Part shown: positions 30,401 to 38,345 of the stretch, in pieces
Layout of the letters: every line of letters begins with the position of its first letter
How positions within the stretch are numbered: position 1 is the first letter of the stretch
Assembly (NCBI GenBank): GCA_016936215.1
Contig: JAFGPL010000111.1
Location: 12,459-76,458, forward strand
From: Bacteroidales bacterium
Lineage (GTDB): Bacteria > Bacteroidota > Bacteroidia > Bacteroidales > UBA10428
Direction of reading: 5' to 3'
Length of the DNA: 64,000 bases
Notes under the pieces: model-generated
What the model was told of the DNA's origin: nothing
What the model saw: the letters and a program-made list of their open reading frames with translations, nothing else
Databases searched by the model: none
Translations under genes and position numbers: made by a program

Positions 30401-31524
30401 TAATTTCATCAGCACAGGGCGCAGAATGCATTGATACCAGCAATTATGTACAGGTACTTATAAACCAGTTACCGGCCGGTTCTATCATTCCCTCGCAGGA
30501 TACAACATGCGAAGGCGGAACTGTTACTTTAAAATATACTGTTTCAGGCAATCATGGGCCCTGGAATATAACCTTTGGTGACGAAGCTGTAATCGGATCA
30601 GATATAACAACTTCAGAAGGAACAGACTCGGCAATATTTGTTTTTAACACTTCTCAAAATGTCCGTATACTGTCTGTTGAAGATGACAGCGGATGTTTTG
30701 CCGACCTCACGGCAGCTTCAGAAATGGTAAATGTAAAGGTTTATGATTTTCCCGAAGCCAATGCCGGCGACGATGCTGAAATATGCAACACCCAATATAC
30801 CCTTAATGCAACGAAAAGCTTACCCGGCACCCGGGGGGTATGGCAATCTTCATTGGGTGAATTTAATGATCCCTCGCTTGAAAATGCTACATTAACCATA
30901 AATCCTTTTATTTCAGGTAAGTTGAACGGATGGGTAAAATGGACCGAAACGAACTGGAGGTGCGCCGATTCAGACAGTGCTTACCTCATATTCTATGAAC
31001 AACCAACCGAAGCTGAAGCGGGTGAAAACAAAATACTCGATTATGTATTTCAAACAACGCTGGAGGCAGGACCGCTTATGTTTGGAAGCGGAAAATGGAG
31101 CCTTTCATCAGGAAATGCGGTATTTGAAAACGATACTATCCACAATACTTTCATCAGCGGGCTCGACTGGGATAATGTTCTTAAATGGACAGTTACAAAC
31201 GGAAACTGTCCTTCGGTTTCAGACAGCGTAAATATTTTTGTAAACAACCTGAAACTTCCCAATGGGTTTGCCCCTGACAATGGCTCGATGAATGTATTTA
31301 AGGTGGAAATTGAAAATGCCGAGAAGATTGAACTGATAGTTTTCAACCGTTTAGGCCAGATAGTGTTTGAAGAACCCAATTACACCGAAGGGAATTTTTG
31401 GGACGGCACCAATCAGAATAAAACAGAACTGCCCGAAGGCACCTATTTCTATATTTTAAAGGTCAAAATAGCCGGAAAAGGTGAAATGCCCCCATATAAA
31501 AGTTACATTGAACTGCTGAGATAA
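27439..31524 (+). CDS. Giant cell-surface protein with a T9SS type-B (gliding motility-associated) C-terminal domain
   Basis: Signal peptide MLKRVIAISVVVYIFCNSFSQ. Poly-glycine module, then six ~96-aa repeats. C-terminus LPNGFAPDNGSMNVFKV...LIVFNRLGQIVFE...WDGTNQ...PEGTYFYILKV...YIELLR matches the type-B CTD pattern (PN.F.P..D..N..F...I.NRWG..VF...W.G...G...P.GTY.Y). The track start at 27433 is TTG. Confidence 0.85.
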   Translation: MLKRVIAISVVVYIFCNSFSQDTITGIVNHYLKVLAVGTDEATYEDNAEISFFQDGDKVLLIQMTGVELDTTDGTGNRGEPARGTKISDKNTGRYEILQVEEVDLFNKKIIFTSDLMNTYDNGEKIQLVSVRECENNALISGTATAKDWDGNTGGILIMVVYDTLRFEGNIDVSDKGFRGATPETNYTGGCRPANDTVNFLTIETNRAGDKGEGNVSITFPYAKGCFFASSGGGGGNGLFSGGGGGSNFGDGGNGGRQDTSCSFVPPIAMGGLNANDLYSNNCITMGGGGGAGVQSTVTTASQGGDGGGIVIIAAGVITGNNYNIIADGENIEGTYNASGGGGGGGGTVLLDATTFAGALNISVKGGRGGSTGSSCTGSGGGGGGGVFWFSGQNKEYFVCDTSRGAPGGVSGCSTSGTYGLHGKTFPSLILPLNGFLFNVIRGKDTLCAGQQPKIITGSNPKGGDGNYTFKWEQSTDQLSWTNATGTGANQRDFTPAPLYNTTYFRRIVSAGGTTPQADTVSKVVEIYIYPAISNNEIFGTDTICYNHTALPVTGGQPAGGDGSNYTYQWQTSLNLTDWNDAGSLLTANQPYLPGQLTATRYFRRFITSTKYCADFSDTVTVTVLPSISNNFFKPITDTIICQGLTPGLLRAEQPINGDGYYTYLWQKKDNSGWEDITSSNIMEYTAGPLANNTQYRRIVFSGNDKACIDTSDIKNITVLEAIANNSISTDSSRYCHGDVPRMFNGSVPSGGDGPGSYTYKWIINEGAGWNEISDATDISHSHTALLQNSEFKRIVISGVYGACKDTTPPLQITVIPAIVNDLGLDAQSICENNAPLPFSPPAATGGNGSYTYQWLIRPESQVSWSDAPGVNNLHDYNSPALIDSAIFARRVVSDICADTSEPVEVYVFKKIKNNFIAENALKYACYNTPELLTGSVPVDGKHNDYKYLWQMANTADTWTDATGNTSNNLQNFETENLTTPKYFRRIVISSAQGAECIDTSNYVQVLINQLPAGSIIPSQDTTCEGGTVTLKYTVSGNHGPWNITFGDEAVIGSDITTSEGTDSAIFVFNTSQNVRILSVEDDSGCFADLTAASEMVNVKVYDFPEANAGDDAEICNTQYTLNATKSLPGTRGVWQSSLGEFNDPSLENATLTINPFISGKLNGWVKWTETNWRCADSDSAYLIFYEQPTEAEAGENKILDYVFQTTLEAGPLMFGSGKWSLSSGNAVFENDTIHNTFISGLDWDNVLKWTVTNGNCPSVSDSVNIFVNNLKLPNGFAPDNGSMNVFKVEIENAEKIELIVFNRLGQIVFEEPNYTEGNFWDGTNQNKTELPEGTYFYILKVKIAGKGEMPPYKSYIELLR
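28127..28600 (+). other. Poly-glycine module within the type-B cargo protein
   Basis: SSGGGGGNGLFSGGGGGSNFGDGGNGG, MGGGGGAG, QGGDGGGIVIIAAG, SGGGGGGGGTVLLDA, KGGRGGSTG, GSGGGGGGGVFWF: Gly runs alternating with short hydrophobic strands. Includes (GGT)2(GGC)5GGG at 28456-28479. Confidence 0.7.
28780..30507 (+). repeat. Six tandem ~96-aa Cys-bracketed repeats (protein-level, diverged at DNA level)
   Basis: Each unit reads C....P..(L/I)....P.GGDG.Y.Y.WQ.....W.D......(Y/F).P..L...T.(Y/F)RR.V.S...C.D.S..V.(V/I).V. Units start at Cys codons about 288 nt apart. Confidence 0.75.
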
Positions 31525-31525
31525 G

Positions 31526-32443
31526 ATGCGTTATAAAACATACATATTCACGGTACTTTTCCTCATCTTCACGATAAACGGCAGATGCCAGGACCGCGCT
31601 ATACTTAACAGCCAGTACCAATTCAACGGGTTGGTGATCAATCCGGCGTATGCCGGTCGCAACGAGGTTTTTACCTTTTTATTTTCGCACCGTAACCAAT
31701 GGATGGGCTTTGAAGGCGCCCCTAAAGCATATACCCTTAGCCTGCACTGGCCGATGAAAAACATTAAAACTGCCCTGGGCATCCTGGGCTACCAGGAAGA
31801 GATCGGATCAAGAAAATATTCGAGTGTATACTTTAATTATGCCCACAGGATAACACTCGGAAACGGAAGATTATCTATGGGGCTCAGGGGAGGAATAGCG
31901 TCGGGCAGATTTGATATGATTGACCTGGGAAATGGAGAATTTGTATTTGATGATAAACTGCAGAATTTCCTGCTCCCGAATTTTGGCTTAGGTGTTTTTT
32001 ACTACACCCAAAACCTTTTTGCAGGAATTTCAATACCCCTGCTCCTGGGTTATAAAGTTACGGATGAACCGGCCGGGTTACAAGTCTACCATGACTTTAG
32101 CAATTACGGCTATTGTCTCACAGCCGGATATTCTTTTCCGATAAACAATACTTTAAGACTACAGCCTTCTACCTTAATCAGGTATCAAAAAAGCTATTCT
32201 TTCACCCCGGATTTAAACATCAATCTTATTTATAAAGATAATTTTATGGGGGGATTGTCTTACAGGCCGAACGAAGCTTTTATCTTTTTATTTAACTGGA
32301 AGTTTAATTACCAGTCAAGGCTTGGGGTATCTTACGACTTCGGATTGGGTGATTTAAGCAATTATCATAACGGTTCGCTTGAATTTACTTTTCAATATGA
32401 ATTTGGATATAAAATCAGGGTGTCAGATCCGGGAAACTTTTAA
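31526..32443 (+). CDS. PorP/SprF-family T9SS membrane protein (second paralog, cognate to the type-B cargo)
   Basis: SQYQFNGLVINPAYAG motif and barrel-like sequence. The start is 1 nt after the cargo gene stop. Type-B CTD genes are typically followed by a PorP/SprF-like gene. Confidence 0.85.
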   Translation: MRYKTYIFTVLFLIFTINGRCQDRAILNSQYQFNGLVINPAYAGRNEVFTFLFSHRNQWMGFEGAPKAYTLSLHWPMKNIKTALGILGYQEEIGSRKYSSVYFNYAHRITLGNGRLSMGLRGGIASGRFDMIDLGNGEFVFDDKLQNFLLPNFGLGVFYYTQNLFAGISIPLLLGYKVTDEPAGLQVYHDFSNYGYCLTAGYSFPINNTLRLQPSTLIRYQKSYSFTPDLNINLIYKDNFMGGLSYRPNEAFIFLFNWKFNYQSRLGVSYDFGLGDLSNYHNGSLEFTFQYEFGYKIRVSDPGNF

Positions 32444-32446
32444 TAG

Positions 32447-33880
32447 ATGGGGAAATTAATTTGTCATATAATCACATTTATAATTTTTTATGCTGTTTCG
32501 GTGCAATCCATTGCGCAAAAACATTTTTCTGCCCAGAAACTTTCGTTCAACAACCCAATGAGCGATGAGTATGCCCCCATGTTTTTCCAAAATGACATTG
32601 TTTTTGTTTCGAACCGGAAAAATGATGTTTTAATTACCCATACCGATATGAGCGACAGACCGTTGAACAATATTTATCTTGTAAAGCAAAGAAAACCGGG
32701 CCGGTTCGGCCCTGCACAACTTTTTTCAAGAGATATTTCAACACGTTACAACGAAGGCCCTGTTTCATTCAGTAACGATGGCAAAACAATGTATTTTTCG
32801 CGAAACATTGATGTTTCAAAAAGTTTCGGAAACAGCCTGAGGGGAGATTCCACCCTGGGTCTTTTCACGGCCGAACTTGTTAATGAAAACTGGGTAAACA
32901 TCAAACCTGTCCAAAGATTTAACAGGCCAAATTACAATCACAGTTTTCCCTTTATTACCGATGATGGAAAACAACTATTTTTCGCGTCAGATGACCCCCG
33001 TGGTTTTGGCGGTTATGATATTTACGTCTCTGAACTGGAAGGTGGTGCATGGGGACCGGCACAAAACCTGGGCAATAAAATCAATACCAAAGAAAATGAA
33101 GTCTTTCCGTTTTGCCATGCTGGTGGCAGATTGTATTTTTCATCACGCGGACATGATAATAATACCGATCTTGATATTTTTTATTCAGAACTGATTGACG
33201 GTGAATGGCAGGAACCTGTAAAAATGCCTGCCCCTTTCAATTCCGATAATGATGATTTCAGTTTTATCATTAATTCAACCATGGATACAGGCTTTTTTGC
33301 GTCAGACCGTTCACAATCGCGCGACATCTTTATGTTTAGTTCAACCCTTCCGGTTTTCACTAATTGTCCCCGGCAGCAGGAAAACGATTACTGTTATATA
33401 TTTTACGAACAGGGAAGCATAGACCTTGACACCACTTCCTTCAGGTACGAATGGGATTTGGGCGACGGTACCAGGATACGCGACCTCGAAGCCAATCACT
33501 GTTATAAAACACCAGGCCTGTACCTTATAAAACTAAATGTAATTGATACGCTCACAGGCGAAGTCTATTTCAGCCAGGCAGAATATGAACATATGGTAGA
33601 AGAGATCGAACAACCATATATTACCATGCCCGACACGGTTTCCGCGACAGAGGTAGTTGCCTTCGGCGCAGGCAAAACCCATCTTTTAAATTTCGAGATT
33701 GATAATTTTTACTGGGATTTTGGTGACGGCACGAGGGCTTCCGGAATTAACGTCAATCATGTCTTCACAAAACCCGGAACCTATATGGTTCAGCTTGGCG
33801 TTTTAAGTACTACAAACAACGAAAACCAGGAACCACAACAAAGATGTGTTACCCGTCCATTGGTTGTAATAAGGGACTAG
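32447..33880 (+). CDS. Secreted PD40 (TolB-like) repeat protein with two C-terminal PKD-like domains
   Basis: Signal peptide ...SVQSIAQ. Repeated PD40-like units (MYFSRNID, LFFASDDPRGFGGYDIYVSE, LYFSSRGH..DLDIFYSE, GFFASDRS..RDIFMF). Two PKD signatures (YEWDLGDGT, FYWDFGDGT...HVFTKPGTYMVQLGV). No OmpA-like C-terminal domain is visible. Confidence 0.75.
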   Translation: MGKLICHIITFIIFYAVSVQSIAQKHFSAQKLSFNNPMSDEYAPMFFQNDIVFVSNRKNDVLITHTDMSDRPLNNIYLVKQRKPGRFGPAQLFSRDISTRYNEGPVSFSNDGKTMYFSRNIDVSKSFGNSLRGDSTLGLFTAELVNENWVNIKPVQRFNRPNYNHSFPFITDDGKQLFFASDDPRGFGGYDIYVSELEGGAWGPAQNLGNKINTKENEVFPFCHAGGRLYFSSRGHDNNTDLDIFYSELIDGEWQEPVKMPAPFNSDNDDFSFIINSTMDTGFFASDRSQSRDIFMFSSTLPVFTNCPRQQENDYCYIFYEQGSIDLDTTSFRYEWDLGDGTRIRDLEANHCYKTPGLYLIKLNVIDTLTGEVYFSQAEYEHMVEEIEQPYITMPDTVSATEVVAFGAGKTHLLNFEIDNFYWDFGDGTRASGINVNHVFTKPGTYMVQLGVLSTTNNENQEPQQRCVTRPLVVIRD

Positions 33881-33970
33881 AATTGTTTTTTTTTAAATAA
33901 ATATGTTTTGGATCGAACTTTGCAGGTATTATTGCGTAAATTGTGTAAATGAAAAAATAATAAATTGTAT

Positions 33971-34939
33971 ATGAAGCAGATTTTATATTGCATCACAGCA
34001 TTGTTCATTCTAATCCCACTCGCATACAGTCAGCCTGTGCCGGCAGGCGATGAAAATATTCCCTACCTGATGACCTTTGGCCCAAAGGCAGAAAAATCAT
34101 GGGGCGATGATGATTTTTCCCAGACATTTTTTTTCAGGATACCCCGGGACTTTAAAGAGCCCTTATATATCAAGGTTTACGACCCGGATGCCGGCGGGGC
34201 CCTTGATGAACTCAACGGTATTTGGGATACAAAAACAACCTATTCTGTTTTTGGCGGAAAAGAGTGTTATACTCACAAAGACGCACAGGAAACACAGCCT
34301 GTAGGCAATTACAAAAGCGGCAACCTTCTGGCGACAAAAACCTTTGGTGAAGATGTCCGGTACGACAAAGGCTGGTATACTTTCGGCCCCTTTAATCCAA
34401 CCGAAGGGGAACTGGTTACCAAATTTGACGGTTATATTTTCAAAATCGTTGCCGACGGGATAACCGGCGACGATGGCAATTTATACAGGTTTTACCTGAG
34501 CACTAGCTATAGCGAAAATAAACCTATTGAAGGGGCTAATGCTTTTACCTACGAATATTCCTTCAGGATGCATGATGACCCTAACGAAGTGTCTCATATT
34601 TATCCTTATGTAGATGATAAAACCATCAGTGTAAAACTATCAAACTTCGACTGGGACAACGACGGTTTCATCAGAACCGTATCTGTAGCCAGACAGGGTC
34701 AGATGAGCAAGGTGTCTAACGAAGACGAGTGGATAGAAGATGAGTTTAAAATCATGGACGAAGAACACAATAAATCTCTTGATATTCAGTTCATTAAAAA
34801 AAGAAATCCGCCTGTCAGAAATAACAATGTCGTGGTAAATGTACGAAACCAATACGGGGAACTGCTTCCATTCTTTGTTATTCCAATTGGAGGGGTCCCG
34901 AAATATAAATATTCCATTGGCACAAAAAAACCCAATTAA
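33971..34939 (+). CDS. Secreted protein of unknown function
   Basis: Signal peptide MKQILYCITALFILIPLAYSQ (ATG at 33971; the track start at 33965 is TTG). 322 aa, acidic. No family recognised. Ends 21 nt before the sensor-phosphatase gene. Confidence 0.6.
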   Translation: MKQILYCITALFILIPLAYSQPVPAGDENIPYLMTFGPKAEKSWGDDDFSQTFFFRIPRDFKEPLYIKVYDPDAGGALDELNGIWDTKTTYSVFGGKECYTHKDAQETQPVGNYKSGNLLATKTFGEDVRYDKGWYTFGPFNPTEGELVTKFDGYIFKIVADGITGDDGNLYRFYLSTSYSENKPIEGANAFTYEYSFRMHDDPNEVSHIYPYVDDKTISVKLSNFDWDNDGFIRTVSVARQGQMSKVSNEDEWIEDEFKIMDEEHNKSLDIQFIKKRNPPVRNNNVVVNVRNQYGELLPFFVIPIGGVPKYKYSIGTKKPN

Positions 34940-34960
34940 TGACAAGCAAATAATTCAAAA

Positions 34961-37900
34961 ATGAACAGATTATTAGCCGCGAAACTACTAACCCTATGCC
35001 TTGCACTTTATTTTTTAAGTCCTTACGATTCGTTTAACCAAAGTTACAAATTTAAAAAATACGGGATACAACAGGGTATATGCCATCCTTTTGTATATAC
35101 CATCAACCAGGATAAAAACGGTTTTATCTGGATAGGGACCGGAGAAGGGTTATGCAGGTTTGATGGCTTCGATTTCAGCACCGAGACGGTTTCAGACATT
35201 GTTGAACGCGATGTGGCCAATATTAGTTTTAAAGACACTAAAGGCAACCTGTGGTTTGGATTTCACAATGGTGCAATAATTATTTACGACGGAAAGAAAT
35301 TTACACCGGCTAAAACAATTGAGCCCATCAAAGGCACCATCACAGGTTTTGCTGAAGATACCGAAGGTAATATCCTGGTTTCGGTTATGACCGGGGGTAT
35401 ACTTGTTATAAAAGACTTTCAGGAAACAAAAAGAATCAGCAGTGAATTGAATAACAATTTGTTAACATTCATTTGTCTGAAAAAAAACCTTTTACTCTCA
35501 GGTTCGCAGGAAGGTTTGAGTATATATTCATACCAGCCTGGTGGTTCAGATTTAAAATTGTTGACAGATATTAAAGAACTTGAATATATTAAAATACAAA
35601 ACATTAAGCCTTCAATTTCAGATGATGGATATTGGATAGGCACAGAAGATGAAGGCTTGTACTTTTTACAGACTGACGATAATGGATCATATTCACTCAG
35701 GAAAAAAGGAGAAGAATTTAATCTCGGCACCCTTAATGTTCAATCAATCTATCAAGACGGGGAAAAGAATTTATGGGTCAGCACGCTTCGGTCGGGGGTA
35801 TATAAATTTCTTTACAACGAGTCTGAAAACAGTTTTTCCGATGTAATTAACTATACCAAAGAAAATGGACTTACAGGAAATTCGATAAAAGAAGTATTTG
35901 AAGACAGGGAAGGCAATATCTGGATAGCCACATATGGCGACGGCCTGGCCATATTTCTGAGCGACGCCCTTACATTCTATGGCTACCAGGTAAATGGATT
36001 TGACAATAATATTACAGCAGTTTGTGCCCAGGACAGCATTGTATGGCTTGGAGGGATGGGAAACCTGTTAAAAACCAATATTACCAAAGAAAACAAACCA
36101 TTAAAATTCAATACAGCACATGGCCTGCCTAATGATCTTATAACTGCATTGTTTTACGATAAAAAGGGTACATTATGGATTGGTACCGAAAAAAACGGCA
36201 TTTACAGGATGAATGTTACAACCGGTAAAATTTCAAAATTTGTTTATCCGGCCAATTCGCTGGGACTTTCAGTTAAATCAATTATCGGGGAAGGAAATTC
36301 GGTATACGCCGCCACCAAAGAAGGTATTTACTACTTTAACCCCGACAACGATGAAAAAGTACACTATAGCACTAACAACGGGCTGCCCCACAATGTTATA
36401 GAACATGTTTTTCTTGATAGCGAAAACAACCTTTTATTTGCAACCCAGGCAAATGGTATTTATGCTATTGATGCCTTCGGCGAAATTCAGGAACGTTTTA
36501 TCACCGGTGACTTTGAGCTCGATTTTAATTCCATTGCACAGGATAAGAACGGAAATATCTGGGCATCCACCTACGGATTCGGTGTTTATTTTTTCGGTAA
36601 AGACACTTTTATAAACATTACTGCCGAAGATGGGCTGAAATCGGATTTTTGTTACAGTATTATAGCTTCAGGCGATGGAAACGTTTGGGTAGGCCACAGG
36701 CTTGGAATTACCAAAATAAATATTAACAGTTTTTCAAAATACATTTACGATGTTGAAAAAGGGATAACCGGCGATTGCAATTACAACAGCGTTTGTAGGG
36801 ACAGAAACGGGAAACTCTTTTTTGGAACCACCGAAGGGCTTATCTGTTATGACCCCTCGAAAGATAAAAGCGCTTCCATTCCGCCAAATACAAATATCCT
36901 GAGGGTGCTGATCAACGATCAGCCTGTTGATTTCAAAAACGACATACTGCTTCCTTACTCAAAATATAAGATCAGGATTGAATTTGCCGGGCTCTATTAC
37001 CGCGATCCCGAAAGGGTAAATTACCGTTATAAGCTCGAAGGGTTTGACCCAGAGTGGTCAGATGTTTCCAACCTAAATTACGTGGTATACCCTCGCATAA
37101 CAGACGGAAAATATACTTTTTACCTGAAATCGTTTATCGAGAGCGAAACTGATATTAACACCCCGGTAATTATTAAATTACGTATCAAACTTCCATTTTA
37201 TAAAACCTGGTGGTTTATATTATTATCACTTTTACTACTGGTAGTAATCGTTCTGCTTATCATAAAATTCAGGGAGAGAAAGCAAAAGCAACTTCAGGAA
37301 TACCTTGAAAAAAGCCTTGCTGAAAGAACCAGGGAAGTTGTTGAACAGAAAGAGGAAATCGAGATCAAGAACAGGGACATTACCGACAGCATAAATTATG
37401 CACAACGGATACAGGCGAGTATTTTGCCCCCAATCAAGCGTTTGCAACAGAATTTTGCCGGTGCTTTTGTTTTCTATCAACCACGGGACATCGTAAGCGG
37501 TGATTTTTACTGGTACGATAAAATTTCAGATTCCAAATTTATAATTGTATGCGCCGATTCAACAGGGCATGGTGTTCCGGGGGCTTTCATGTCAATGATA
37601 GGCACTACGCTTATCAAAGATATCTGTTTCAGGGAAGCCACAGGTTCTCCGTCTGAAATACTCAGAAGCCTGGACCAAGAGCTAAGAAACACCCTCAACC
37701 AGAACCTCGAAGCCGAAAAAGCAAATGACGGTATGGATATTATCGTCTGTGAGATTGACCTTAAGTCTTATTATATAAGATATGCTTCTGCCATGCGCCC
37801 GATGATTGTTTACAAAAACGGGGAAGAAATCTATGTGAAAGGCAGCAGGAGCTCTGTTGGCGGACATTATGACAAATCAGAAAAAAATTTCCAGGACGAA

Positions 37901-38134
37901 GGGATACAATTAAGTCCCGGCGACCTTATTTATATGTTTTCAGATGGTTACCCCGATCAGTTTGGTGGGCCTATGGGTAAAAAGTTTAAAATGGTAAGGC
38001 TTAAAAGCCTGCTTGAAGATATCAACAAAAAACCCATGGAAGAACAGTACAACCATGTTAAAAACACATTTAACCTTTGGAAAGATGCATTTCCGCAGGT
38101 TGACGATGTTTTGTTCATGGGCATTAAACTCTAA
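34961..38134 (+). CDS. Sensor protein: two-component-regulator propeller repeats + Y_Y_Y domain + TM + coiled coil + SpoIIE/PP2C phosphatase
   Basis: N-terminal signal/anchor. Many Reg_prop-like repeats (DKNGFIWIGTGEGL, DTKGNLWFG, DREGNIWIATYGDGL, DKKGTLWIGTEKNGI, DKNGNIWASTYGFGV, GDGNVWVGHRLGI). Y_Y_Y motif NYRYKLEGFDPEWSD. TM WWFILLSLLLLVVIVLLII. PP2C/SpoIIE motifs (SGDFYWY, ADSTGHGVPGAFMSMIG, DGMDIIVCEID, SDGYPDQFGG). Confidence 0.85.
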   Translation: MNRLLAAKLLTLCLALYFLSPYDSFNQSYKFKKYGIQQGICHPFVYTINQDKNGFIWIGTGEGLCRFDGFDFSTETVSDIVERDVANISFKDTKGNLWFGFHNGAIIIYDGKKFTPAKTIEPIKGTITGFAEDTEGNILVSVMTGGILVIKDFQETKRISSELNNNLLTFICLKKNLLLSGSQEGLSIYSYQPGGSDLKLLTDIKELEYIKIQNIKPSISDDGYWIGTEDEGLYFLQTDDNGSYSLRKKGEEFNLGTLNVQSIYQDGEKNLWVSTLRSGVYKFLYNESENSFSDVINYTKENGLTGNSIKEVFEDREGNIWIATYGDGLAIFLSDALTFYGYQVNGFDNNITAVCAQDSIVWLGGMGNLLKTNITKENKPLKFNTAHGLPNDLITALFYDKKGTLWIGTEKNGIYRMNVTTGKISKFVYPANSLGLSVKSIIGEGNSVYAATKEGIYYFNPDNDEKVHYSTNNGLPHNVIEHVFLDSENNLLFATQANGIYAIDAFGEIQERFITGDFELDFNSIAQDKNGNIWASTYGFGVYFFGKDTFINITAEDGLKSDFCYSIIASGDGNVWVGHRLGITKININSFSKYIYDVEKGITGDCNYNSVCRDRNGKLFFGTTEGLICYDPSKDKSASIPPNTNILRVLINDQPVDFKNDILLPYSKYKIRIEFAGLYYRDPERVNYRYKLEGFDPEWSDVSNLNYVVYPRITDGKYTFYLKSFIESETDINTPVIIKLRIKLPFYKTWWFILLSLLLLVVIVLLIIKFRERKQKQLQEYLEKSLAERTREVVEQKEEIEIKNRDITDSINYAQRIQASILPPIKRLQQNFAGAFVFYQPRDIVSGDFYWYDKISDSKFIIVCADSTGHGVPGAFMSMIGTTLIKDICFREATGSPSEILRSLDQELRNTLNQNLEAEKANDGMDIIVCEIDLKSYYIRYASAMRPMIVYKNGEEIYVKGSRSSVGGHYDKSEKNFQDEGIQLSPGDLIYMFSDGYPDQFGGPMGKKFKMVRLKSLLEDINKKPMEEQYNHVKNTFNLWKDAFPQVDDVLFMGIKL

Positions 38135-38199
38135 ACATTGTCGCTGCCTTTTAAACCGGAAATTACTAAAGGTATGTGTATTGGTTTACCAGCTTTTAT

Positions 38200-38345
38200 T
38201 AGTGTCTGTCCTTAAAGTCGTGTGGCTGTTCTTTAAGGTTCGCAGACGAGGCGCGTGAAGCCCGAAAAAAGGGAGTTTACCATGCGTAAATGACCTTTTT
38301 GAGGACGTGTGCAACGAAGTATGCGGACTTTAAAGACAGACACTA
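38200..38345. other. 146-nt element bounded by 20-nt inverted repeats (candidate structured RNA, rluB 3'-UTR structure or MITE-like element)
   Basis: TAGTGTCTGTCCTTAAAGTC (38200-38219) versus GACTTTAAAGACAGACACTA (38326-38345): 19 of 20 positions are complementary. The odd position is C/A on a plus-strand transcript and G-U on a minus-strand transcript. An internal hairpin at about 38252-38286 has an A-rich loop. CCTTAAAG (38210-38217) can alternatively pair with CTTTAAGG (38231-38238). Confidence 0.5.
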
